In this document: piece after piece, positions 41,786-56,400 of the stretch
Layout of the letters: every line of letters starts with the position of its first letter
Numbering within the stretch: the stretch's first letter is position 1
NCBI GenBank assembly: GCA_050273025.1
Contig: CP158636.1
Location: forward strand, 6,138,001-6,202,000
Length of the DNA stretch: 64,000 nt
From: Cenococcum geophilum
Lineage: Eukaryota
Direction of reading: 5' to 3'
Notes under the pieces: model-generated
The model's input: the letters and a program-made list of their open reading frames with translations, nothing else
Database searches by the model: none
Told to the model about the DNA's origin: nothing
Position numbers and translations under genes: made by a program

Positions 41786-42567
41786 TTAGTAGTGTGGCTT
41801 GAGGGGTGTGCATAGGGTGTTGCTTTGGGGGGGGTATCCTACCAGGAACCTGACAGGACAATTAGGAAATACTAGTTTCCTGTCAGGAGCCTGTCAGGAC
41901 GATTAGGAAAATCAAAGATCCTGGTAGGAGCCTGTCAGGACAATCAGGACGATCAAGATCCTGGTGGCTCCTGGCAGGAGCCTGTCAGGAGCCTGTTAGG
42001 ACGACCAGGACGATTAGGAAAATCAAAATCCTGGCAGGAGGCCTCCAGGATCTTGGCACCCCAACAAAATGCTAATGTAACTAGATACTTATACTCGCCT
42101 ACGCCGTCTAATAAAGGTTTATAAGAAGGTGTGCTTAAAGAAGTTACGTCTAGTAGAGTAGGGTCTATCTAAACTTAAGGCTAAGGAGGCTAAAAAGGAC
42201 TTTAATTAAGTTAAGGTAAAACTAACTAATATACTAGTAGTAGATCCCTTAGATAATCTAGTTTATCTATTACCTTTAACTAATCCTTTTATCTTTAGCT
42301 TTTTCTTAATATTACCTAACCCGTTTTCCTCTAATACTCCTATACCTTTTCTATAGCATTCTTTAAATTCTATAATAGTTCCGAGGTAGTCTCTTTATAG
42401 CCTATCTACTTAACCTTATACTATATTTCGTTATTAATGTCCTTATAATTAATAATCTTTAAAACCTACTATTTGTTAGCGACTTAGTTAATTAAGGTAT
42501 AAGCACAATAAGAGGGACGCGTAAGCCTATATAATTGGTAGTCTATAAACGAAGATCTAAAGCTAAA

Positions 42568-45500
42568 TATCACGGCACTGACCTAACGCATACTGTTTCA
42601 TACTATCTCGTACTGTTTCCTACTATTGGCTAGCCCACTACTAGCGACTTAGCAACTGGCCCTACTATTTATATACAATACCCCCTTTCTACCTTCTTCC
42701 CCTCTTTATACCATAACGTAGTTATTTAGTCTACTTTATTATAGCACTATAATAGTTTATAGTATCTTTAATTTACGCCCTGTTGCGATTACTAATTCCT
42801 TATACCCTAGCTAATTAACCTCCGCCCTAGAGCAATCGCGACCTATACGCGCCTCTGCTAAAACTAATACGTCCCTAATATAGTTCTAAAATAATCCTTA
42901 GTTTTTACCTAGTGCCTAGATAGGCGACACTAATAATATCAAAATGGCTAAAACCTAAAACCCCCGCGACGTTTTTATAGACCTCTTTATAGAGATATAC
43001 CCTAATATTATATAGATAATCCGCCGCTCCCTACTATACCTTAAAACCTTTAAGCCTAGCAAAGCTTACCTTACCCTTATTAACTATATTAACAAGTTCC
43101 TTAATAATATTAAAGTAGGACTATAGTATATATATAACATAAATACCGCTAATAAGAAAGCTAACAAAAACCTTAGTGCCCTTATTGCTTTTTAGATAGG
43201 AACTATTAACTCCTAGATAAAGACTATTACCGTTTTAAAATAATTAACCCCTATAATAACGGTAGTAACCTAGCAAAAAAAACGGAGATCTAAAGACCCG
43301 CTAATATTTAGCGGAAAAGGCACCCTACTAAAATAATAAGCTAATTTTAAAACCTGGTATATTAAGATTAAGGGAGTTTTTAACCAGGACTAGGACTACT
43401 TTAATATAGTTTAGTCTTAAATCCTATATATCTTAAATATACTAGAGAATAAGGCCTAGAGCTTATATACAAGAACCTAAATAACATATTTACGTAAAAA
43501 TAGCCTACTAAGGAAGATATACTTAAAGACCTTATTACTTACTATAAGGTCCTTAATATAACCTAGGTTATAAAAAATAAGCTTAACCATTTCCCTTAGG
43601 GCGAGCGTAATTACTAGTCTTAAAAGGGAGAGCTTAATAAGCTAATAGTCCGCGCTAAAAATATAAATAAATAGAAGGTAGACCTACTTTAAAAGTTTAT
43701 TTCTCTAAAGATAGAAGAGCTAGTACTTAGACTTGCCTATAAAATTAATAATAGCGACTATATAGGTTAGAGTAAGCAAATAGATATATTCACTAAAAAC
43801 CTTATAAACTATATATACTAATCCAACCTTAAGAAGAATACTAACCACCGCCTACCTACCTAAGCCCTTATCCCTATATTAACCCTAACCCTAGTAGTAA
43901 CTAAAGAACCTATAAACCTTAATAAAATCTTAGATATAGAGCGTAAGTGCCGCGTTAATAATAGATTATACCTTACCTGTGGCCTACCTAGCCACTAAAA
44001 GGATGCCTATAACCCTACTAAGATAGTAAACTCAGTCCTAATACTACCCCGTTAAATAATATAAACTAATAACTACGGATATAGCGACTATAGAGTCTAT
44101 TATAAACGCGGTAACCGCGGAGCCTATTATAGCCGCGGCGGATAACCTCCCCCCTTTAACCCTACGGCTTAGTTACTTTAAACTATACCCTATATAGGAG
44201 CCTAACCCATTAATAACGCCTAGTATTAGCGACTTTACGCTAGCAAATACAAATACGGCCACATTATTAACAAGGTATTATCTTCCTATACCCTAACTAA
44301 AATTAAAACTAATACCACTAGCTAGACGGACACTAGACTACCCTACTAAGACAGCCTTATACCCTAGTTATTAAAAGGTAAACCCTTAGACTAAGTCGCG
44401 TTTAAGGGTTTAAACTATATAAGGAGGAAGATAAGAAGATTAGGTCCCTATTACTAGATTAATTAGTCCTTTTTATTAATAAACTACTACTTAATCTTAG
44501 ATTAGTAAATAGTAATAAGAAATTAATCCTTATTTAAACCTAACTCTCCTTATTATATAACCTATACCCCTAAGTTTATATTAATATAGTAAGCCTAGTA
44601 GACTCTAGTAGTACTATAATGGCATTTACTAACGTAGAGTCTATTATAAGAAAGTATAATATTATAACTAAGAAGCTACTAGCACTTAGGCCACTATACC
44701 TCATAAACGGTATTCTAACTTTACTTATTATAGACTACTTTACCACCTAAATATTAATCGGCCTTTATACTAAAGCTATACTCTTTTTTATTATTAAACT
44801 CTCGCCTACTACCCTAATTATCTTAGGTATACCCTAGCTTTAAAAGCATAAGCCCCGCCCTAGCTTTAGGAAACTTAAAATCCGCTTTAACTTAGACTAC
44901 TACTCTAGGCACTACCTCCCGTGGGGGATAACCAATATTAGTAGAGACGCCCTATATAAATACTTAGTACTACTAAGCCTAGTGCCTAGGACTATATATA
45001 AAGCCCTAATAGTAGAAGACGTTTCTAATAAAGGGGAGCCTATATAGCTGTAAAGAAACAAAATAGTAGAAGACTAGACTACCCTAGTACTTAGGGCTAA
45101 AATAACGGGCTAGCCAGCCCTACTAAGACTAAAAAAGAAGGTCCGCTTTACGCCACTACTATTAAAAATCTAACCCTAACCTAGGTACTATCTAAACCCT
45201 AGCCGCCTAGCCTAATACCTAAAACTAAGCTATATACCATATACGTATACTATAGCTCGCATTATAGTAAGGACTAGCTATAGAACCACTAAGACCTAGA
45301 TAATAGAAACCGCGCTACTATAACGCCTAACCTTATACCTATCTCCCGCGCGTACTATATAGGGCCGCCGCCTTATTTCCGCCCCCCTAGGCTAACTAAA
45401 CTATACTAGCCTAACCATAGTACTAGAGAACTAGATACGCCCTAACCTAGATAATATTAAATACATTTATACTATTAATTTTACCTAGTTCTATAAATAA

Positions 45501-48500
45501 AAAGATATAAAGGTAATAAGGATCTATATAGCAAAGTTAGTAAAACTAGTTAAATAAGATAAGTACCAACAGCTGCTTAAAGAGCTGCCTATAGGCCTAA
45601 TAGAAGTACTAAACCTATTAAAAAGGTCTTTTTGCTGGCTAGTAGAAGGCGACTATATAATAAAGGAAGCCTATAAAGTACTCCCCCCCTATTTCTATAA
45701 CTTCCTTAAAATAAATCTAAAAACTAAACCTAAGCTTTTATATCGGAAGATAGTTAATACTAATATTAAAAAATTCCTAAAAGGTAAACTAGGATTAACC
45801 TATAAAGACATTTTATAACACCTACTAAAGGAGTTTAGTAAATATATTAAGCACTTCCTCCCTAAGAACGTAGATAAGCTGCCCCCTTACTAACTATAGG
45901 ACTATAAAATTAAAATTACCCCTAGAAACTAGGCCCTATACTATAAAAATAAACCACTCTTACCTACTAAACTTAGGTATATAAAGAAGTAGATTAATAA
46001 GATGCTAAATAAGGGTTTTATCTATAAATCAACCTTACTAGCTGCTATACTACTCCTCCTCACTACTAAGCCTAGCGGCGGTATATAAATCTACTATAAC
46101 TACCAAGGCCTAAATATAGTTACTATTAAGAATTAATACCCACTATTACTAATCCGCAAGACACTTAACACACTCTATAGTGCTAAGTACTTTACTAAAC
46201 TTAATATAATTACTACGTTTAACTAGATCCGGATTGCGGAGGGCTATAAGTAATTTATAGTATTTATTACCCGGTTCGGACTCTATAAAATACTAGTTAT
46301 ACTATTTAGCCTTTATAACGCACCTATTATATTCTAAAACTATATTAACCATATTTTATATAACGCCCTTAATAACTACTGCACTACCTACCTTAATAAC
46401 GTCTTTATTTTTTCTAAAATACATACTAAGTATACTAAGTATATAAATAAAGTTATCTAAAGACTCGGCAATGCTAGACTTTAAATTAATATTAATAAGT
46501 CTAAGTTCTACTCTACTAAAATAAAATACCTTAGCTTAGTTATCTTAACTAATAGCATAACTATAGACCCTAAAAAGGTATAGGCCTTATAGAAATAAAA
46601 GGACCCAACATTAATTAAAGAACTATAACAATTTCTCGGCTTTGCGAACTTCTACTAATAATTTATCTAAGGCTACTCTATTATTACTACACCTATAACA
46701 AAACTCCTAAAGAAGGATATTAGATGGCTATAGGGACTAAAATAAGCTAAATTATTTAAGGCCCTTAAGGGAGCCTTTACTTTAGTACTAGTACTAGCAT
46801 ACTATAACTATATAAAGAAAATAGTGGTAAAGATAGATATATTAAATTAGGCTTCCGGCGGAGTCCTTTCCTAGTATAATAATAACGGAAAATTAAAACT
46901 GGTTGCATTCTTTTCTGTAAAGTACTTTACGCTAGAGTATAACTATAAGATCTATAATAAAAAACTCTTAGCTATTATTAAGGCTTTAAAGAAATAGCAT
47001 TCTAAGCTATAAGGGACTAAGGAGCTATTTAAAATTATTACCAACTATAAGAACCTATAGACGTTTATAACTACTAAGTAGCTAAACTAGTACTAAGTCT
47101 AGTAGGTAGAGTTCCTTTTATAGTTTAACTTTATAATTATATATAGACCTAATAGTAAAGCTATACTCTCTAACGCCTTAAGCTAGCTACTAAAAATAAG
47201 GCCTAAGGACGCTAATAATAAACGCCTCTGCTACCGAGCCTAAGTTATTATACCGCCCTAAAAAGTTAACCTTATAATCTTAAAAGAATTACTATATAAG
47301 TCCCGTAACTCTAATAATATAGAGTTTATAGCCGCTCTAGACCCTAAAATAGCCAAAAGTTACTAAATAAGTTAATTTAGCTAGGATATTAGGAGAATAA
47401 ACTTATAAGAGATATAATAGCAGCCCTACGTAATTAGAAAGCTCGCTATTAGCTAAAAAAGATTAGGAAATTACTCTATTATAATAACTTAGAATATAGT
47501 ATTATTAACGGATAGATCTACTTCCGCTAACATCTTTTTATCCTTAACGCCCTAGACCTCCACCTAAAAGTTACCTATTACTCTTATAGTAGCGGCCCCA
47601 CTAATTACCCCGGCTGGTTTAAGACTCTTAACCTCTTAAACTAAATATACTAGTGGCTAGGAATCTCCTAGTTTATAGCTACCTTTATTAAAGACTACGC
47701 CCTATACTTTTATACTAAGACCCCCTGTTTTACCCCGCCTAGTTTCCTAAAGCTACTAAAATTACCTACCTACCTATAAACCGATATTTTAATTAACTAT
47801 ATTATAACACTACTAGTATACTAATGTTACGGTAAGGTATATAAATATATCCTTATTATTATGGACTGCCTAACTAAAATATAATACCTTACTTTAGTAA
47901 TAGGACTCTTAATAAAGGAGCTAGTTAATAGCTTTATTAATAACGTATATAAGCTCTATAGTATACTAAGTATAATTATTTCTAATCGCGGTATATAATT
48001 TATTAGCGATTTCTAGCAATAACTAAGTAAACGCTTTAAGACAACCTTATAACTAAGCTTAGCCTAGTACCTAAAAACGGACGGCTAAACCGAAATTATT
48101 AACGCTGCCGTAAACAAATACCTTTATACTTTTATTAGCTTTATATAGGATAACTAGGTTAACTACCTACCGCTTACTAAGTTTACTATAAATAACTAAG
48201 TTAATAAGAGTACAGGTATCTCCCTATTTTTTGCAAACTATAGCTTTAACCCTTACCTCGGAATTAAGCCTACTAGCCCCCGCCTACTAACACTATTAGT
48301 ATAAGTAAAGAAGGAGTTCTTCCGCGTAGACTCTATAGCCAACCGCTTTAAGCAGATATTAATATAGCTTAGGGCCCTAGCCTGGATTTTATAGTAATAC
48401 TATAAAAATAATACTAATACCTATAGGGATAAGAGCGCGTTATTCTATAAAGGCGATATAGTTATAGTTAGCTTAGAAAATATAAAGATAAATAGACTTA

Positions 48501-49460
48501 AAAAGAAATGGGACAATAAATAGGACGGCCTATACCCCGTACTCGTAGTATACTAAGAGGTAGTTATAATAAACCTCCCAGACTATATCTAAGTAAATAA
48601 ATCCTTTTATATATCTAAGGTCCGCCTTTAAGCTACTAAAGAGATCCCTAGCTAAGCAAATATTAATACTATAGAGCGTTGTAATGTATAAGGACAAGTA
48701 GTAGAGAGAGACAATAATAGCAATATAGAAGATAAATAGAAGTTTAAGAAAATCCTTAATATATATAACAAAGATCCCTAGGGCCTAACTTATAAGATTA
48801 AATAGAAATATTATAAGGATATAACCTAGTAGCTAGAGGAAGACCTAAAGGGTTATAAATAAGCTGTATAGCGCTTTTATAAGTAACACCCTAAGAAGCT
48901 AGGACCCCTAGACTAGATATAAAATAAGGAAAAGTTACGCTAAGGTTGCGGTCGACTACCGTATTAAAATTTATAGTGGTTAAGATGTTATAGAACTTTA
49001 ACCGGTAGTTAAAGTTGTCTAATTAGCTAAAATTCTCGCTAAGAAACGCCATGCGGATTAATTTAGGTAGTGGTATAGAGTTTTGCTGACCTTACTTACT
49101 AAACTAACTAATTAGGATTTTCTATGCCCGGTATAGAAAATCGCTATTAGCTTAGTTAAGGGCGGTAAGCAGAACTAATATCTTTGCGGTAAAAAATAGG
49201 CAGCCCTATACACTGCCTATTTTTAAGTTATTTATTTAGTTTAGAGACTAAACCATCTAAGGGAGAGGAGTACTATTACGGCACTGACCTGACGTATACT
49301 GTTTTATACTATCTTATACTATTTCCTACTATTGGCTAGCCTACTACTAGCGACTTAGCGACTAGCCCTACTATTTATATATAATACCCCCTTTCTACCT
49401 TCTTCCCCTCTTTATACTATAACGTAGTTATTTAGTCTACTTTATTGCAGCACTGTAATA
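42568..49460 (+). mobile_element. Full-length Ty3/gypsy (family F, copy 1), RIPed
   Basis: 187-bp LTRs at 42568-42754 and 49274-49460, TSD ctaaa. Protease LVDS (~44595), RT (~46050-46650), RNase H, integrase, chromodomain, PPT. Confidence 0.93.
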
Positions 49461-50020
49461 CTAAAGAAAGAAAAGGAGACGGAGGGCGGCGCCGCTTAAC
49501 GTTATATATAATCCTCTAGTTATATAACAGCAACTATTTAAAACTGTATAAAACTATCTATAATTATTTATAACTATTTATAACTGTCTGCTATAATCCG
49601 CCAATATCTATTAGCTATAATCCACCAGTTTCCACTAGTGCCGTAATATTACCCCCCCCTTTAAAAAAGCCTGCCCTTAAGCTTTATACGTCTATATTAT
49701 ATCTATAAGGTATTCTTATCTTTATACTTAATGGGCAGCTTATTATCTTTACTATTCTAGTACTCTATTTACTTGTTAAGGTACTTTAAAGGTCTGGGTT
49801 TATTAGGGTAATAACTATAAAAATTTTAAAGCTTATAGGGATTACCTATAAAGTTCTATATAGGGTACTAAGTGGGGTCTGGGTTATACCCTTTCTAACT
49901 AATATAATATTTTAATATTCCCCTTATAAGCTTATAGGCTAGTATTTCTTTAATTTCCTATTTATTATTGCTATTAACTTAAATTGGTAGGGGAGGTATA
50001 TTCTTTTATTTAGGTAATAG

Positions 50021-50279
50021 TGTGGTGGTGTACGCGGTCACTCTTAGATAGGAAGTCACAATGCTGTCTATCTATCGGTCGGTCGGTCAGTCGGTCGGTT
50101 AGTTAGTTAGTTAGTTAGTCGGTTATCAGTTATAATTAATTAGTAGAAAAGTAGTTAGTAAGAAGAAAGGAAAGAATATATTCTAGTAGGTCGTGATTAA
50201 GAGAAGAAGAGAAGCCAAAGGCTTAATATATACAGGAAAATGCTAAGGCACTAGGCGTAAGCCATTTTACCCCACTATA
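50021..50279. mobile_element. Solo LTR with an internal (GTCG/GTTA)n tract
   Basis: tgtggtgg...ccactata termini with a 4-bp atag duplication. Confidence 0.7.
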
Positions 50280-50414
50280 ATAGGTTATTTATAGCTTTCC
50301 GTAGTTTATCTAGAGAGAAAATAGGGTAAACTTTAATTAAATCTGGGAGCTTTACTTTATATATATTGCCTATCTTCTTAAGAACCTTATACAGTCCTAC
50401 TATCTAATAGTTTA

Positions 50415-53400
50415 TGTCACGGCACTAACCTAACGCATACTGTTTCATACTGTCTCGTACTGTTTCCTACTGTTAGCTAGCCCACCACTAGCGACTTAGC
50501 GGCCGGCCCTACTATTTATATACAATACCCCCTTTCCACCTTCTTCCCCTCTTTATACCACAACGTAGTTATTTAGTCTACTTTATTACAGCACTGTGAC
50601 AGTTTGTAGTATCTTTAATTTACGCCCTATCGCGATTACTAATTCCCTATACCCTAGCCAATTAACCTTTACCCTAGAGTAATCGCGACCTACGCGCGCC
50701 TCTACTAAACTAATATATCCCTAGTATAGTCCTAGAATAATCCTTAGTTTTTACCTAGCGCCTAAATAGGTGACACTAATAATGCCGAAATGGCTAAAAC
50801 CTAAAACCCCCGCGATGTCTTTGTAGACCTCTTTATAGAGATATACCCTAATATTACGTAGACAATCCGCCGCTCCCTACTGTACCTTAAAACCTTTAAG
50901 CCTAGCAAAGCTTACCTTACCCTTATTAACTATACTAACGAGTTTCTTAATAACATTAAAGCAGAACTATAGTGTATATATAATACAAACACCGCTAATA
51001 AAAAAGCCAACAAAAACCTTAGTGCCCTTATTACTTCCTAAATAGGAACTATTAACTCCTAAGCAGAGACTATTACCGTTCTAAAACAATTAACCCCTAT
51101 AATAATGGTAGTAACCTAGTAGAAAAAATGGAGATCTAAAGACCTGCCAATATTTAGCGGAAAAGGTACCCCACTAAAATAATAAGCTAATTTTAAAACC
51201 TAGCACATTAAGATTAAGGGAGTCTTTAACTAGAACTAGGACTACTTTAATACAGTTTAGTCCTAGATCCTTTATATCTCGGATATACTAGAGGATAAGA
51301 CCTATAAGTTTATTAAGTAGGGCCTAGAGCTAATACATAAGAACCTAAACAACACATCTACGTAAAAATGGCCTACTAAGGAAGATATGCTTAAAGACCT
51401 TACTACCTACTATAAGGTCCTTAATATAACCTAGGTCGCAAAGAATAAGCTTAACTATTTCCCCTAGGGCGAGCGTAATTACTAGTCCTAGAAGGGAGAG
51501 CTTAATAAGCTAATAGTCCGCGCTAAGAAGATAAATAAATAGAAGGTAGACCTACTCTAAAAGTTTATTTCTCCAAAGATAGAAGAGCTGGTACTTAAAC
51601 TTACCTATAAAATTAATAATAGCGACTATATAGGTTAGAGTAAGTAGATAGATATATTTGCTAAGAACCTTATAAACTATACATACTAAACTAACCTTAA
51701 GAAGAACGCTAACCACCGCCTACCTACCTAAGCCCCTGCCCCTATATTAACCCTAACCCTAGCAGTAACTAGAGAACCTATAAACCTTAATAGAATCTTA
51801 AATATGGAGCGTAAGCGCCGCGTTAATAATAAACTATACCTTGCCTATAACCTACCTAGCTACTAGAAGGACGCCTATAACCCTACTAAGATAGTAAACC
51901 TAGTCCTAATACTACCCTATTAAATAACGCGAACTAATAACCGCGGACGCGGCAACCGTGGAGTCTATTATAGACGCGGCGACTGCGGAGCCTATTATGG
52001 CTATAGCAAATAACCCCCCCCTTTAACCCTATAGCTTAGTTACTCTAAACTATACCCTATATAAGAGCCTAACCCGTTAATAATGCCTAGTATTGGCGAC
52101 TTCGCGCTAGCGAATATAAACATAGCCACGTCGTTAGCGAGGTATTGTTTTCCTATACCCTAACTAAAACTAAGACCAATACCGCTAGCTAGACGGATAC
52201 TGGACCGCTCTGCTAAGATAGCCCTATATCCTAGTTATTAAAAGGCAGACCCTTAGACTAAGTTGCGCCTAAGGGTCTAAACTATATAAGGAGAAAGACG
52301 AGAAGATTAGGTCCCTATTACTAGATTAATTAGTCCTTTCTATTAATAAACTGCTACTTAATCTTAGATTAGTAAATAGTAATAAGAAATTAATTCTTAT
52401 TTAAACCTAACTCTCCTTATTATATAACCTATACCCCTAAGTTTATATTAATATAGTAAGCCTAGTAGACTCTGGTAGTACTATAATGGTATTTGCTAAT
52501 ATAGAGTCTATTATAAGAAAGTATAACGTTATAACTAAGAAGTTACTAGCACTTAGGCTACTATGCCTTGTAAATAGTATCCTAACTTCGCTTATTACGG
52601 ATTACTTTACCGCCTAAATATTAATCGGCCTCTATACTAAAGCTATGCTCTTTTTTATTACTAAACTCTTGCCTACTACCCTAATTATTCTAGGTATACC
52701 CTAGCTTTAGAAGCACAAGCCTTGCCCTAGCTTTAAGAAACTTAAGATCCGCTTTAACTTAGACTACTACTTTAGGCACTACCTCCCGTAGGGGATAACT
52801 AACGTTAGTAGGGACGCCCTATATAGATACTTAGCACTATTAAGCCTAGTGCCTAGGATTATATATAAAGCCCTAATAATAAAAGACGTTCCTAATAAAG
52901 GGGAGCCTGTATAGCTATAAAGAAACAAAATAGTAGAAGACTGGACTACCTTAGTACTTAAGACTAAAATAATAGGCTAGCTAGCCCTGCTAAGACTAAG
53001 GAAGAAGGTCCGCTTTACGCCGCTACTACTAAGAATCCAACCCTAACCTAGGCACTACTTAAACCCTAGCCGCCTAGCCTAATACCTAGAACTAAGCCAT
53101 ATACTATATACGTATACTATAGCTCGCGTTATAGTAAGGACTAGCTATAGAACTACTAAGACCTAAATAATAGAAACCGCGCTACTATAACGCCTAACCT
53201 TATACCTGTCTCCCGCGCGTACTATATAGGGCCGCCGCCTTATTTCCGCCCCCCTGGGCCAACTAAGCTATACTAGCCTAGCCGTAGCACCGGAGAACTA
53301 GACACGCCCTAACCTAGACGATATTAAATACACTTATACTATTAATTTTACCTAGTTCTGTAAATAAAAATATGTAAAGGTAATAAGGATTTATATAGCA

Positions 53401-56400
53401 GAGCTAGTAGAACTGGTTAAATAAAATAAGCACTAATAGTTACTTAAAGAGCTGCCTATAGGCCTAATAAAAGTACCGAACCTATTAAAAAGGTCTTTTT
53501 GCTAGCTGGTAGAAGGCAACTATATAATAAAGGAAGCTTATAAAGTGCTCCCCCCCTATTTCTATAACTTCCTTAAGATAAATCTAAAAACTAAACCCAA
53601 GCTTTTACGTTAGAAGATAGTCGACACTAATATTAAAAAATTCCTAAAAGGCAAACTAGGATTAACCCGCGAAAATATTCTATAACGCCTACTAAAGAAG
53701 TTTAGTAAATATATTAAGCACTTCCTCCCTAAAAACGTAGATAAGCTGCCCCCTTACTAACCATAAGACTATAAAATTAAGATCATCCCCGGAAACTAGG
53801 CCCCATACTATAAAAATAGACTACTCTTACCTACTAAACTTAGGTGTGTAAAGAAGTGGATTAATAAGATACTGGATAAGGGTTTTATCCGCGAATTAAC
53901 CTTACTAGTTGCCGTACTACTTCTCTTTGCTACTAAGTCTAGCGGCGGTATATAAATCTACTATAACTACTAAGGCCTAAATATAGTTACTATTAAGAAT
54001 TAATACCTACTGCTACTAATCCGCGAGACACTTGACGCACTTTATAGTGCTAAGTACTTTACTAAACTTAATATAATTGCTGCGTTTAACTAGATCTAAA
54101 TTATAAAGGGCTATAAGTAGCTTATAGCATTTATTACCTAGTTCGGACTCTATAAGATACTAGTTATACTATTTAGCCTCTATAACGCATCCGCTATGTT
54201 TTAAAACTATATTAACTATATTCTACATAACGCCCTTAATAACTACTGCACTGCCTACCTTAATAACATTCGTACTTTTCTAAAACACGCGCTAAGTATA
54301 TTAAGTATATAAATAAAGTTATCTAAAGACTTAGCAATGCTGGACTTTAGATTAATATTAATAAGTTTAAGTTCTACTCTACTAAAATAAAATACCTTAG
54401 CTTAATTATTTCGACTAATAGTATAACTATAGACCCTAAGAAGGTACAGGCCTTATAGAAATAAAAGGACCCGACATTAATTAAAGAACTATAATAATTT
54501 CTTAGCTTCGCAAACTTCTACCAATAATTTATTTAAGGCTACTTTGCTATTGTTATACCTATAATAAAACTTTTAAAGAAGGATATTAGATGGCTATAGG
54601 GACCAGAATAAGCTAAATTATTTAAGGCCCTTAAGGGAGCCTTTACTTTAGCACTAGTACTAATATACTATAACTATATAAAGAAAACAGTAGTAGAGAT
54701 AGACGTATTAAATTAGGCTTCTAGCGGAGTCCTTTCCTAATATAATAATAACGGAAAATTAAGACTAGTCGCATTCTTCTCCGTAAAGTACTTTATACTA
54801 AAGTATAACTATAAGATCTATAATAAAGAACTCTTAGCTATTATTAAGGCTTTAAAGGAATAGCGTCCTAAGCTATAAGGGACTAAGGAGCCATTTAAAA
54901 TTATTACCAACTATAAAAACCTATAGACGTTTATAACTACTAAGCAGCTAAACTAGCGCTAAGTCCGGTAGGCAGAGTTTCTTTTATAGTTTAACTTTGT
55001 AATTATATATAGACCTAATAGCAAAGCTACGCTCCCTAACGCCCTAAGCTAGCTACTAGGAATAAGGCCTAAGTATACTAATAATAAACACCTTTGCTAT
55101 TAAGCCCAAGTTATTATACCACCCCAGAAAGTTAACCCTATAATCTTAAAAGAATTACTATATAAGTCCCGTAACTCTAATAACGTAGAGTTTATAGCCG
55201 CTTTAGACCCTAAAATAGCTAAAAAGTTACTAGATAAGTTAATTTAGCTAAAATACTAGGAGAACAAACTCGTAAGAGATATAGTGGCAGCCCTATATAA
55301 TTAAAAAACTTGCCGTTAGCTAAAGAAGATTAGGAAATTACTTTATTGCGATAAGTTAAAATATAGTATTGTTAACAGATAGATCTACTTTCGCTAACGT
55401 CTTTTTATCTTTAACGCCCTAGACCTTTACCTAGAAGTTACCTATCGCTCTTATAGTAGCGGCCCCACTAATTATCCTAGCCGGGTTAAGACTCTTAACC
55501 TTTTAAACTAAATATATTAGTAGCTAGAAATCTCCTAGTTTATAGCTACCTTTATTAAAGACTATACCCTATACTTTCGCACTAAGACCCCCTATTCTAC
55601 CCCGCCTAATTTTTTAAAGCTACTAAAATTACCTACCCGCCCGTAGACCGATATTTTAATTAACTATATTATAACGCTGCTGGTATACTAACGCTATAGT
55701 AAGGTATATAAATATATCCTTATTATTATGGACCGCCTAACTAAAATATAATACCTTATTCTAGTAATAAAACTCTTAATAGAGGAGCTAGTTAATAGCT
55801 TTGTTAATAATATATATAAGCTCTACGGTGCACTAAGCACAATTATCTCTAATTACGGTATATAATTTGTTAGCGACTTCTGGCAACGACTAAGTAAACA
55901 CCTTAAAATAACCTTGTAACTAAGCTTAGCCTAATACCTAGAAATAAACGGCTAAACCGAAATTATTAACGCTACCGTAAATAAATACCTCTATATTTTT
56001 GTTAGCTTTATATAGGACAACTGGGTTAACTACCTACCGCTTACTAAGTTTGCTATAAATAACTAAGTTAACAAGAGTACAGGCATCTCCCTATTTTTTA
56101 TAAACTATAGCTTTAACCCTTACCTTAGAATTAAGCCTACTAGCCTCTACCTATTAACACTATTAGTATAAGCAAAGAAGGAGTTCTTCTACGTAGACTC
56201 TATAGCTAACCGCTTTAAGCAGATATTAATATAGCTTAAGGCCCTAGCTTAGATTTTATAGTAACGCTATAAAGATAATGCTAATACCTATAGGGATAAG
56301 AGCGCGTTATTCTACGAAGGCGATATAGTTATAGTTAGCTTAGAAAATATAAAGATAAACAGACCTAAAAAGAAATAGGACGGCCTATACCCCGTACTCG

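Larger units (their letters stand above)
39941..42077. mobile_element. Non-autonomous TIR element, CACTA/EnSpm-like architecture
   Basis: TA|CATTAG...CTAATG|TA; removing it restores host aagcttaactag. Many subterminal cctg(a/t)cagg and aggac(a/g)at repeats at both ends. GC-rich, no transposase. The superfamily assignment is an inference. Confidence 0.75.
39030..42473 (-). mobile_element. 3' part of a divergent family-1 gypsy (copy D)
   Basis: LTR at 39030-39449, reversed PPT at 39450-39475, chromodomain remnant at ~42340-42470. Interrupted at 39941-42077 and cut at 42474. Confidence 0.85.

Noticed and set aside
41442..41861. ORFs encoding ELRA/ELRV, CTKL or RASC repeats
   Set aside because: They are translations of the stop-free 12-bp minisatellite in several frames, with no independent coding evidence.
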